Below, one piece after another: positions 41,466-51,232 of a stretch of DNA of 64,000 bases. Both the position numbers and the translations under genes were made by a program. Source of the stretch: Thermodesulfobacteriota bacterium (GTDB lineage Bacteria > Desulfobacterota_D > UBA1144 > Nemesobacterales > JAJCZQ01); NCBI GenBank assembly GCA_965203965.1, contig CBDBDR010000017.1, positions 288,001-352,000 of the forward strand, written 5' to 3'. Positions within the stretch are counted from its first letter, which is position 1; every line of letters begins with the position of its first letter. Below the pieces are notes generated by a model. The model saw only the letters and a program-made list of their open reading frames with translations, was not told where the DNA came from and did not search any database.

Positions 41466-42986
41466 TTAAGAGGCATAATATTTCAGCATTTCGGATACAA
41501 GTCCTTCAATAGTGTGCTTTGATGCTGTGATCTCGGGTTTAAATCCATTGGAGATCAGCGTGTCGGAAGTTATTGGGCCTATGGAAGCACAGTTTGTGTT
41601 GTGCAGATATTTAGAGTTTTTGTCTAGGATCTTTAGCATGTTGATCACAGTTGATGAACTTGTGAAAGCAATAAGGTCAATTCCACCTGATCTCAATTTG
41701 TCTATGAACTCTTTTTTTAATGAAGGTTTTATTTTTGGTATTACAGTTTCATAGCAACTTGCGATAGTAACTTTACCTTTCATCTCTTTCAAAGTTTTGG
41801 GCAATGTGTCTCTTGCAACTTTTGCTCTTGGTATTAAAAATCGCCGTCCCTTTATTTCACTTGGTTTAAGGCTCTCAATTATGCCTTCTGCAGTGTAGTT
41901 GTGGGGGATAATATCGGCTGATAATCCGTAGCTTTTTAGTTCAGAACCAGTTTTTTCTCCAATTACCACTATTTTCTTTTCGGAAAATATCCTTGAATCC
42001 AGACCTTTACTGAATATCCTTGAAAAAAAGTATTTAACACCGTTGACGCTGGTAAATATCACGTAGTCAAACTTGCTTATAGATTTTATGGTCTTGTCAA
42101 CTTGTTCCCATGAACTTGTCGGAATTGTCTCTATCGTTGGAAACTCAATTACATTGGCACCATAGGAACTTAGCAGGTCATAGAATGCCGAAGACTGATC
42201 TTCAGCTCTTGTAATAACTATGTTCTTTCCAAAGAGAGGCTTCTTTTCATACCAACTCACTTGCTTTTTCAGATTTACTATTTTTCCCACTAATATAATT
42301 GCTGGAGATTTTATAGCAGGGTCCGAGCGTATAAGTCCCGCTATACTGTCAATCGTGCCTTTAACTGATCTTTGCGTTGGTATTGTCCCCTGTGAGATCA
42401 CCATCGCAGGTGTGTTTTTGGGTATTTTTTCCTCTATTAGCTTTTTCATAATGAGGTGGATGTTTTTCAGGGACATTAAAAAGATCAGGGTTTCTTGTTC
42501 TGATATTGCTTTCCAGTTCAGCTTGGGATCTGATTTAAATGGATTTTCATGCCCTGTGATCACAGTAAAAGAGGAGTTGTATTCTCTATGAGTAAGTGGC
42601 ACACCTGAATAAGCTGGAACAGAACTGACGGAACTGACGCCGGGAACTATCTCTATCACTATATTGGCTTTAACCAGTGCTTCTGCTTCTTCTCCCCCGC
42701 GACCGAATATGAAGGGGTCTCCTCCCTTTAACCTCACTACGGTTTTCTTTCTTCTGGCATGGTATATGAGTTTTTTATTTATCTCATTCTGAGTGCTTTC
42801 TTTCTGACCGGGGGTTTTTCCCACGTAGATCAGTTTTGCCGACTTTTTACAGAAATTTAACAGTCTTTTGTTTATAAGCGCATCGTATATGACAACGTCA
42901 GCGTATCGTAGTATTTTCTTGCCCTTTAAGGTCAGCAGTTCAGGATCACCGGGTCCGGCGCCCACGAGATAAACGACTGGCTCCAT
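41466..42986 (-). CDS. cobA: Uroporphyrinogen-III C-methyltransferase / synthase fusion (CobA-HemD)
   Basis: VYLVGAGPGDP, RLKGGDPFIFGRGGEE, then PLFGKNIVITR, FTSVNGV, FTSSSTV, IGPIT. Confidence 0.95.
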   Translation of the reverse strand: MEPVVYLVGAGPGDPELLTLKGKKILRYADVVIYDALINKRLLNFCKKSAKLIYVGKTPGQKESTQNEINKKLIYHARRKKTVVRLKGGDPFIFGRGGEEAEALVKANIVIEIVPGVSSVSSVPAYSGVPLTHREYNSSFTVITGHENPFKSDPKLNWKAISEQETLIFLMSLKNIHLIMKKLIEEKIPKNTPAMVISQGTIPTQRSVKGTIDSIAGLIRSDPAIKSPAIILVGKIVNLKKQVSWYEKKPLFGKNIVITRAEDQSSAFYDLLSSYGANVIEFPTIETIPTSSWEQVDKTIKSISKFDYVIFTSVNGVKYFFSRIFSKGLDSRIFSEKKIVVIGEKTGSELKSYGLSADIIPHNYTAEGIIESLKPSEIKGRRFLIPRAKVARDTLPKTLKEMKGKVTIASCYETVIPKIKPSLKKEFIDKLRSGGIDLIAFTSSSTVINMLKILDKNSKYLHNTNCASIGPITSDTLISNGFKPEITASKHTIEGLVSEMLKYYAS

Positions 42987-43161
42987 TATGTTTGAAAAAG
43001 AAACCGCAGGCACGCCCCGTTGTCAAGTATGGTAAATTGCCGAGATGATCTATGACGTTTCAGGTTCTAACAAAATATGGGTTCAGAAAAAATAATACAG
43101 TAATAAAGTTTCTACAAATTTTCTCTTGACACACGGTTATTTGTGCTTAAATTCTGGAATA

Positions 43162-43749
43162 ATGCAAAAGAAACTCGGTGATATTGCTACTGTTCAAATG
43201 GGATTTCCCTTTCGTTCACGTATTGAACCAGACGAGGATGGAAATGTCTCTATTATTCAAATGAGCAATTTAGGAGAAAATAGTTTGAAGGCTCATACGG
43301 ATCTGCTCAAGGTTTACCTAAAGAATATATCTCATAAGCACTTAGTGAAACAAAAAGATTTGATCTTTCGTTCAAGGGGAAAAACAATAAATGCAGTGAT
43401 AATTGATAAAGAAATTGAGCGAGCAGTCGTAGCGGCACCGTTAATTAGAATAAGAGTTACGGAAAAGGACGTTATTCCGGAATATCTTCTCTGGTTCATG
43501 AATCAGCCATTATCTCAAGCATTTTTGCACGGCAGAGCCACCGGAACTTCAATGCCTATGATCGGTAAGTCAACTCTTGAAGATCTGCGGATTACTATCC
43601 CTGATCTTGAAACTCAAAGGCAAATCGTAATACTTGCTCATTTATCGGACAAAGAGCAAAAACTAATGAAACGGTTGGCTAAGGCAAATGGTAGTTTAGT
43701 TCAAAAAACTTTGAAACAGTTGGTAACAGATCCTAAGAAGTCTTATTAG
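43162..43749 (+). CDS. Half-size (single TRD) type I R-M specificity subunit
   Basis: KKLGDIA, DLIFRSRG, PEYLLWFMN, IPDLETQRQI; directly upstream of hsdM. Confidence 0.8.
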   Translation: MQKKLGDIATVQMGFPFRSRIEPDEDGNVSIIQMSNLGENSLKAHTDLLKVYLKNISHKHLVKQKDLIFRSRGKTINAVIIDKEIERAVVAAPLIRIRVTEKDVIPEYLLWFMNQPLSQAFLHGRATGTSMPMIGKSTLEDLRITIPDLETQRQIVILAHLSDKEQKLMKRLAKANGSLVQKTLKQLVTDPKKSY

Positions 43750-43761
43750 AGGAGCAGAGAA

Positions 43762-45276
43762 ATGACAAATGGGACAATAGATCAAAAAAACATAGACAAT
43801 GCTGCATGGTCTGCCTGCAACACTTTTCGTGGAGTGATGGACGCGTCCGTTTACAAGGACTACATACTCGTGATGTTGTTTCTCAAATATGTTTCGGATG
43901 TTTGGAAGAGCCATTATGAGAAATACAAAAAGCAATACGGAGACCACAAAGAGCGCATCAACCGCCTTCTTAAAAATGAGCGGTTTGTTTTGCCTAAAGA
44001 CAGCAGTTTTTACAACCTGTATGAGAATCGTTCTGCTTCAAATATCGGTGAACTTATAAACATTGCGTTGACCGCATTTGAAGACGAAAACAAAGAGAAA
44101 CTGGAGGGTGTTTTCCGCAACATTGACTTCAATAGCGAAACAAATTTCGGCAAAACAAAAGACCGCAATCGCCGTCTTAAAACACTACTTGAAGATTTGA
44201 ACAAACCAGAGTTGGATATGAGTCCAGATAATGTTACAGAAGACATTATCGGCAATACATACATCTATCTGATAGAGCGTTTTGCGTCCGATGCTGGCAA
44301 AAAAGCGGGAGAGTTCTACACACCTCACAAGGTTTCGGAGTTGGTAGCAAAGTTATGCGACCCCAAGCCCGGAGCACGCATTTGCGACCCTACTTGTGGT
44401 TCTGGAGGGCTTCTAATTGAAGCCGCGCGCGAAGTGGGTGGCGATGATTACTCTCTTTGTGGGATGGAAGTCAACGGAGGTACTTGGGCGCTTTGTCGGA
44501 TGAATATGTTCCTTCACGGGATGGATTCAGCACGAATTGAATGGTGCAATACATTAACAGCCCCCGGACTCGTGGAAACCGACCGCCTGATGAGGTTTGA
44601 CAATATTGTCGCAAATCCACCTTTCTCGTTGGATAAGTGGGGAGCGGAAGAAGCGGGAAACGACATTTACAAGCGTTTTTGGCGAGGAATTCCTCCCAAG
44701 TCTAAGGGGGATTACGCTTTCATCAGTCACATGGTGGAGGCAGCTCTGGAAAAGAAAGGGCGCATTGCGGTTGTTGTCCCACATGGTGTTTTATTCAGGG
44801 GCGCGGCAGAGGGGCGTATCCGTCGCCATTTAATAGAAGAAAATCTGCTGGATGCCGTCATCGGCTTACCGGGTAATCTTTTTCCAACCACGTCCATTCC
44901 GGTTGCTATCTTGGTGTTTGACCGTTCACGCGAGACAGGTGGTGCAAATGAGAAACTCAAGGATGTGTTGTTCATTGATGCAAGCCGTGAGTATGAGTCC
45001 GGAAAAAATCAGAACAAGCTACTGGACAAGCATATAGAAAAGATCGTTGACACATATAAAAAGCGTAAAAGTGTTGACAAATATGCGCATTTGGCAAAAC
45101 CAGAAGAGATTGAAGAAAACGATTTCAACCTGAACATCCCGCGTTATGTGGACACCTTTGAGGAAGAAGAGGAGATAGATATAGACGCGGTGCAGCGAGA
45201 AATAGATCAACTGGAAAAAGAACTGTCCAAAGTGCGGATGGAGATGGCGAAAAAAATGAAGGAGATTAAAAGATGA
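43762..45276 (+). CDS. hsdM: Type I R-M methyltransferase subunit
   Basis: AGEFYTP, DPTCGSGG, ANPPF, PHGVLFRG, FNLNIPRYV. Confidence 0.97.
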   Translation: MTNGTIDQKNIDNAAWSACNTFRGVMDASVYKDYILVMLFLKYVSDVWKSHYEKYKKQYGDHKERINRLLKNERFVLPKDSSFYNLYENRSASNIGELINIALTAFEDENKEKLEGVFRNIDFNSETNFGKTKDRNRRLKTLLEDLNKPELDMSPDNVTEDIIGNTYIYLIERFASDAGKKAGEFYTPHKVSELVAKLCDPKPGARICDPTCGSGGLLIEAAREVGGDDYSLCGMEVNGGTWALCRMNMFLHGMDSARIEWCNTLTAPGLVETDRLMRFDNIVANPPFSLDKWGAEEAGNDIYKRFWRGIPPKSKGDYAFISHMVEAALEKKGRIAVVVPHGVLFRGAAEGRIRRHLIEENLLDAVIGLPGNLFPTTSIPVAILVFDRSRETGGANEKLKDVLFIDASREYESGKNQNKLLDKHIEKIVDTYKKRKSVDKYAHLAKPEEIEENDFNLNIPRYVDTFEEEEEIDIDAVQREIDQLEKELSKVRMEMAKKMKEIKR

Positions 45277-45494
45277 GCAAGATGCCAACAAATAAACATC
45301 ATCAAACATTTGAGGATGCTTGTCGCCGTACGGAAAACGGCGCCGAATTTTGGTCTGCACGCGAACTTTTGTCCATTCTCGATTATGGAAGTTGGGATAA
45401 ATTCAAGGCAGTCATTCATAAGTCTATAAGTGCTTGTGAGAATTCGGGCATGGTTTCCTCAGACCATTTTTCCCAGATGGGAAAAATGGTCTGA
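45273..45494 (+). pseudogene. dinD: DinD/BRO-like N-terminal fragment
   Basis: EFWSAREL..L.Y..W.KF..VI.K...ACENSG....DHF..GKMV then premature stop. Confidence 0.75.
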
Positions 45495-45614
45495 AGGGTT
45501 CGGGTCGGAGGTAATGGCTAAACAGGAGAGAAAGGAACAGGCATTGTTGAAAAGGATAAAAAGGGCATAAAATAGGTATTTTTTGCCTATATCTACAACG
45601 ACATATACACAAAA

Positions 45615-46184
45615 TTGAATTTTATGTACACATTAAGCAAACATATACATAATTTTGAGAGCATTCACCCGTTCCCTGACGGCAATGGTCGCATTGGTCG
45701 CGTGCTGAACGTGCTGTATCTGACGCACAAGGGGCTTTTAGACGCTCCCATCCTTTATTTGAGCCGAGCGATCAACCGCACAAAGCCAGACTACTACCGC
45801 TTATTGCAAGCCGTGCGTGAAGAGGGCGCATGGGAAGAATGGATCATCTACATACTGAGTGCCGTTACAGAAACGGCAAAATCAACCTTGCAACTTGTAT
45901 CGGGTATTCGGGAACTGATGGCTGAACACAAAAAACTTATACGAGATGAACTGCCGAAAATCTACTCTCAGGACTTGTTGAATAATCTGTTTCGCAACCC
46001 CTATACGCGTATTGACTACGTGGCGAAAGACCTAACGGTTGACCGCAGAACAGCACGCAAGTATCTCAAACAATTAACTGAAAAGGGGATTGTGGAGGAA
46101 GTAAAGGCGGGGAGGAACAACTACTACATAAACAAAAAACTGGTTGACCTGTTTGTCAGTGTCTCGGTGGAAGGGGATCAGTGA
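45615..46184 (+). pseudogene. Fic protein C-terminal fragment with HTH
   Basis: FESIHPFPDGNGRIGR near the ORF start, PILYLS, PYTRI, TARKYL; N-terminal half missing. Confidence 0.8.
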
Positions 46185-48334
46185 TGAGTAGGAAAGGGGA
46201 AAAGGAACGAGCGTTGCCCGATGGGTGGCAGGAAGTGAGGCTGGGGGACATAATGGAATTCAAAAATGGATTGAATACAGAGAAAGGAAACTATGGTAAG
46301 GGTGTAAAATTTGTGAACGTAATGGATGTTTTCAAGTTTAACTATCTTTATGAACATAATGTTGTTGGCTCTGTTCAAGTTAGTGAAAAAAACAGAATTG
46401 AATATTCAGTTAAATATGGGGATATCTTGTTTAATAGGACATCTGAAATACTTAATGAGATTGCTATGTCATCTGTATATCTCGATGAGAAAAAAATAAT
46501 CTTTGGAGGTTTTGTTATTAGAGGACGCCAAAAAATTACTGCTCTTACTCCTCGATTTTCTATTTGTTGTCTTCAATCCAATAAAGTACGAAAAGAATTA
46601 ATAAGACGAGGGCAAGGTGCCGTCCGAGCGAACATTGGACAAAAAGATCTAGCGAAAATTCCTGTTGTTATTCCACCGCTCCCCGAACAAAAAGCCATCA
46701 CCTCTTTACTGGAAACATGGGACACGGCGATTGAGAAAACTGAAGCATTGATTGAGGCAAAGGAAAAGCGGTTCAAGTGGTTGCTGAAAACACTCATCAG
46801 CAATCAGCAAGACAATCCTGAATGGCGGGAAGTGAGGTTGGGGGATGTTACGAAGGTTATTGTAGGCCAGTCTCCAAAAGGGATTTTCTATAATACAGAG
46901 GGTGAGGGCATGCCCTTCTATCAAGGTAAATCTGAATTTGGGAAAATCTACATTAACAATCCTAATATGTGGACTACTCAAACAACTAAAACGGCAGAGA
47001 AAGGCGATATTCTTATGTCCATTAGAGCTCCTGTTGGGTCAATTAACCGTACAAATAACAAAATTTGCATTGGCCGAGGGCTTGCTAGTATTAGGGTTCA
47101 TAGCATCAAACGAACGTTCTTATTTTTTTACTTGCAGTTTATCAAAAGCCAAATAATAGGAAATGGTGGCTCTATATTCAATTCGATTACTAAGCGTCAA
47201 GTTGAACAAATTCCAATTCTTTGCCCCCCAGTTTCTGAACAAAAAGCCATTGCTGCTGTACTAAACACGGTACAACGTGAAATTGATCTACTGGAACAAC
47301 TCACCCAACAATACCGCACACAAAAGCGCGTGCTGATGCAGAGATTATTGACAGGAGAATGGAGGACAAAGATGAATCGTTATATTCTGAGAATGGGCAC
47401 TTACGAGTGTCCTAAAACAGTAATTAAAAAAGAAAGATTTGAACAATTAAAGGAAGCGAGAAATATCTTGTCAAAAGCATTGGTTTTTGAGGGGAATTAC
47501 GAGATTATAGTGCATAATTACCTTGAGTTGGAAAAAGAATTGATGGGAATTACTATTGAAGATATTGGTAGAACTTATTATAGTTATGATGATTTCTTCA
47601 ATTATACACTTTCTTCTAATATCAGAGTATCAAACCTTCTGAATTCGGCAAAATTTTACATTGATACACTTTCGCAAACTCTCGAGAACTGCTTTCAAAA
47701 TGAGGAAGTTTCTCCTGATATAAAACAAATAATCAAAGAGGATGAGGGCAACTCGCTTCTTGAATTTGTTTATGAACTAAGGAACTATCTTCAGCATGTT
47801 GATTTGCCAGTGCATAACACCTTAATAAATAGAAGATGGACAGATGACAATCTTATGGAATATTCCACGCATATCTTTTCTTCAAAGAAATATCTTTCAG
47901 AGGATGAAAAGTCAGAATCAATACTTAAAAAAATGGAAGAACAAAAAATAATGAAAGAAGAAGAAATAAACCTAAACCTTACCATTAGACACTATGTAGA
48001 ATTCATCAGTAAAATGCATATTCAAACGAGATCTAAGATAGAAAAAAGAGTTAATGAGGCAAGAGATTGCATAGAATCTACGATTAAGGAATATTTAGAC
48101 GAACATAGGATTAAGGAAAAGGAATATTTAGATGAAGATGGGAAGTTTATAGGTTTTTTACATGCTTTCCATTTCAACCATAGTGAAATAGAAGAGAAAA
48201 TTCCTTTGTTTCTGGATTACGACGATGTTCGTCTTAATCTAATACGTAAGAACAACAAAGAACTGGTTAATCTACATAAACGATATGTTACAACACGAGT
48301 TGATTCAGTAAATAAGAAGGAAATATCTAAATAA
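46181..48334 (+). CDS. hsdS: HsdS (two TRDs) fused in frame to a 320-aa domain with an RxxxxH (HEPN-like) motif
   Basis: LPDGWQEVRLGD, PPLPEQKAI, WREVRLGD, PPVSEQKAIA, LMQRLLTGEWR, then MNRYIL...ELRNYLQH; internal GGAGG and ATG at 47372. Confidence 0.88.
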   Translation: MMSRKGEKERALPDGWQEVRLGDIMEFKNGLNTEKGNYGKGVKFVNVMDVFKFNYLYEHNVVGSVQVSEKNRIEYSVKYGDILFNRTSEILNEIAMSSVYLDEKKIIFGGFVIRGRQKITALTPRFSICCLQSNKVRKELIRRGQGAVRANIGQKDLAKIPVVIPPLPEQKAITSLLETWDTAIEKTEALIEAKEKRFKWLLKTLISNQQDNPEWREVRLGDVTKVIVGQSPKGIFYNTEGEGMPFYQGKSEFGKIYINNPNMWTTQTTKTAEKGDILMSIRAPVGSINRTNNKICIGRGLASIRVHSIKRTFLFFYLQFIKSQIIGNGGSIFNSITKRQVEQIPILCPPVSEQKAIAAVLNTVQREIDLLEQLTQQYRTQKRVLMQRLLTGEWRTKMNRYILRMGTYECPKTVIKKERFEQLKEARNILSKALVFEGNYEIIVHNYLELEKELMGITIEDIGRTYYSYDDFFNYTLSSNIRVSNLLNSAKFYIDTLSQTLENCFQNEEVSPDIKQIIKEDEGNSLLEFVYELRNYLQHVDLPVHNTLINRRWTDDNLMEYSTHIFSSKKYLSEDEKSESILKKMEEQKIMKEEEINLNLTIRHYVEFISKMHIQTRSKIEKRVNEARDCIESTIKEYLDEHRIKEKEYLDEDGKFIGFLHAFHFNHSEIEEKIPLFLDYDDVRLNLIRKNNKELVNLHKRYVTTRVDSVNKKEISK

Positions 48335-48455
48335 TAAATGACTTCATCTCAATTATTATAAGATTGAACAAAATTGTTTGATCTTATAAATTCTTGAGGT
48401 CTATGAAAAGCCTTGGAATTAACAAGACCACAGGCTACCGAATTGGCTCAACGGC

Positions 48456-49139
48456 TCAAAAAGAAATAAACTTGCTCAAACAATTATCTGAACAATACCG
48501 CACTCAAAAACGCGGGCTGATGCAGAAGTTGCTGACTGGAGAATGGAGGGTAAAGATATGATTACAAAAATCACGATGAACAATGTTACCAGTTTTAAAG
48601 AGAAAACCAGATTCATCTTTAACCGCTTGGGTTATGAATTTTCTAATGCGGTTCAAACGCCCATTAAAGGCAGAGTTAGCCCTTCTACGTAAGGTCAAAG
48701 TTCTGGTTGGATCAGTGCGTCTTCTTTCTGCCATTATGGGTTTTACCTTTGAGCTTCATCCAAGCCACAAAACGTGGTAATGTAGTATAATTTTCATTTA
48801 CTAATAGTATAGTTTTTTCTGTATAATAATTTTCAGCAATTCAGTATAGAAATAACGTTTTCTACATGATGAAACAAAGTTTGATCATTTGGAATTATAC
48901 TGTTCCATGATCAGGTCTATAAAGAGTTTTACAATGGGTGAAGCCATTCCTCAGACTCAGTCGGCGGAGTTGTATTGGCGGTTACGAGAGCCAAGCGGGC
49001 AAAACCACGCTGGCGTATCGTACGAAAATGTTCAATACATTGAACAAAATTGTTTGATCTGATAAATTCTTGAGGTCTATGAAAAGCCTTGGAATTAACA
49101 AGACCACAGGCTACTGAACTGGCTCAACAGCTCAAAAAG
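48456..49139 (+). repeat. About 680-bp direct repeat, unit A (partner 50241-50907)
   Basis: Collinear near-identity at offsets 1785 and 1770, with a divergent central segment of about 100 bp. Confidence 0.93.
48609..48800 (-). pseudogene. Phage-like fragment: possible minor head (MuF/SPP1 gp7) N-terminus plus tail of the upstream gene; second copy about 50394-50580
   Basis: MAERRRTDPTRTLTLRRRANSAFNGRLNRIRKFITQAV; family recalled from the DPTRT pattern, not searched. Confidence 0.4.
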
Positions 49140-49233
49140 AAATAGACTTGCTCAAACAATTAGCAGAACGATACCGCACTCAAAAGCGCGGGCTGATGCA
49201 GAAGTTGCTGACTGGGGAGTGGAGAGTGAAGAG

Positions 49234-50181
49234 ATGAGCACATCTTTTAAAATATTAAGCATAGATGGTGGAGGAGTGCGAGGAATTCTTCCCGCCAAGA
49301 TACTGAAGCTCATGGAAGCCGAGCTCGGCATAGACGTACATGAAACCTTTGATCTCATTGTTGGCACTAGCACTGGTAGTATCATAGCTGGGGCAATCGC
49401 CGTAAAGTACAAATTGGCTAAATTAGTAAGTGATTACAATGAAAATGCTCCGAAAGTTTTCAAGAAAAGATGGAATTTCATGGGGCTTTACAGATCTAAA
49501 TACAGTTCAGCCTTCCTTGAAAGTTTTCTTCGTAAAATATTTGGTGAGGTTACATTGGGAGAAATAGAAAAACCGCTCATTCTTAATGCTACAAATATCA
49601 GCGATGGTAATCTTCATGTTTTCAAGTCATCGTATCAAAAAAAACAACGAGAGGGGGAAGAGGAGCAGGTTTATAACAGGGATGGAGGAGTACCTTTGTA
49701 CAAAGCAACTCTAGCCTCTTGTTCGGCACCAATTTATTTTGATCCGGTGAAGATAATATTTGATCCGGTGGATAAAGAAGAAAAACTTATTTGTGACGGG
49801 GGTATTTGGGCTAATAATCCTTCCTTGGTTGGATACAGTGACGCTATCAGGAATTTCAAGAATGTTGGAACCGATAATGTCAAGATCTTGTCTTTGGGAA
49901 CTGGACAAACCAAGCAAATTTACCAACCAGCAAAAGCATGGGGATACTTAACGGGATGGAAACATACGAAATTGATAGACTTCTCCATATCATGTCAGAC
50001 AGAGTTTCCTAAAAATGTTTTGGAACTTATTGATTTAGATAAAATTCTCAGGATCAACCCTTCTATTGATAATTACGAGATTGACAATTACCAAAGCATC
50101 CCAAAGTTAATGGAACTGGCTAAAAAGGAATTCAATAGTAGCAGTGAAAAAATTTCAAATTTTCTTAACATAAGAAGATAG
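49234..50181 (+). CDS. Patatin-like phospholipase (CapV-like)
   Basis: ILSIDGGGVRG, GTSTG, SCSAP.YF, DGGIWANNP, ILSLGTG; ATG overlaps the TGA of an hsdS tail. Confidence 0.9.
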   Translation: MSTSFKILSIDGGGVRGILPAKILKLMEAELGIDVHETFDLIVGTSTGSIIAGAIAVKYKLAKLVSDYNENAPKVFKKRWNFMGLYRSKYSSAFLESFLRKIFGEVTLGEIEKPLILNATNISDGNLHVFKSSYQKKQREGEEEQVYNRDGGVPLYKATLASCSAPIYFDPVKIIFDPVDKEEKLICDGGIWANNPSLVGYSDAIRNFKNVGTDNVKILSLGTGQTKQIYQPAKAWGYLTGWKHTKLIDFSISCQTEFPKNVLELIDLDKILRINPSIDNYEIDNYQSIPKLMELAKKEFNSSSEKISNFLNIRR

Positions 50182-50240
50182 GAGACAAAAATTACAGTTT
50201 ACGAGGAAAAATTTGTTCTCTTTTCTGATAGGTATTCCTG

Positions 50241-50907
50241 TCAAAAAGAAATGGACTTGCTCAAACAATTAGCAGAACGATACCGCACTCAAAAACGCGG
50301 TTTGATGCAGAGGTTGTTGACTGGAGAATGGAGGGTGAAGATATGATCACAAAGATCACGATGAACAACATCACCAGTTTTAAAGAGAAAAGCAGATTCA
50401 TCTTTAACCGCTTGGGTTATGAATTTTCTAATGAGGTTCAAACGCCCATTAAAGGCAGAGTTAGCCCTTCTACGTAAGGTTAAAGTTCTGGTTAGATCAG
50501 TGCGTCTTCTTTCTGCCATTATGCGTCTTACCTTTGAGCTTCATCCAAGCCACAAAACGTGGTAATGTAGTATAATTTTTTCCACCCAATATGGAGAAAA
50601 AACTGTATAGAAATTTTTACTGATTGTTGTATAAAAATAGAATTATAAGGCTGAATTTTCGGCATTATATTGCTCCATGATCAGGTCTATAAAGAGTTTT
50701 ACAATGAGTGAAGCCATTCCTCAGACTCAGTCGGCGGAGTTGTATTGGCGGTTACGAAAGCCAAGCAGGCAAGACCACGCTGGCGTACCGTACGAAAATG
50801 TTCAGTACATTGAACAAAATTGTTTCATCTGATAAACTTTCACATCTATGAAAAGCCTGGAATTAACAAGACCACAGGCTACCGAACTGGCTCAACGGCT
50901 CAAAAAG
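50241..50907 (+). repeat. About 670-bp direct repeat, unit B
   Basis: Partner of 48456-49139. Confidence 0.93.
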
Positions 50908-51232
50908 CCTTGCCGGTTTATTCAGTCCATATCGGGGGCGAAGCAGAAAAGAAAAGTCGCTTTGCTGATATTGGGTGAGGTGCAGAAGTTTCCACACTGG
51001 TCAGCGATTGTAAAATATCTTTGGGATGAAGATAGTCGCATGAAAAGAATGGTGGCGGCAAAGTGCCTGTTTCGTTTCCCAGATTGGACGTTTTTTGCAA
51101 AATATTCAAAACTGCTCAGCAGTTGATCGTTTCCTGTCAACGCCTGCGGAACATTGGTTAAATTGATGCCTGATTTTCTATTTGACGAAAAAAGCCTCTC
51201 CCAGATCCCAGCTTTACAGCAGTTGATCAATC
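50848..51232 (+). pseudogene. Multiply deleted copy of the AAA_14/DUF4143 gene plus the hsdR 5' end
   Basis: Ordered blocks match about 51457-51556, 51700-51810, 52523-52596 and 52624-52728. Confidence 0.9.

Larger units (their letters stand above)
47267..50346 (+). repeat. Four direct copies of the hsdS 3' end (47267-47374, 48451-48561, 49127-49237, 50242-50346)
   Basis: Each encodes Q(K/R)E.xLLxQL...YRTQKR.LMQ.LLTGEWR and ends at the ATG of the next gene. Confidence 0.93.

Noticed and set aside
49234..50181. Complete CBASS system
   Set aside because: No CD-NTase or cap2/cap3 gene in the window
46181..50346. hsdS inversion shufflon
   Set aside because: The extra hsdS copies carry no TRD, are all in direct orientation, and no recombinase gene is present
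47267..50907. CRISPR array or classical integron
   Set aside because: Repeats are 100-680 bp gene fragments with irregular spacing; no cas genes, intI or attC structure
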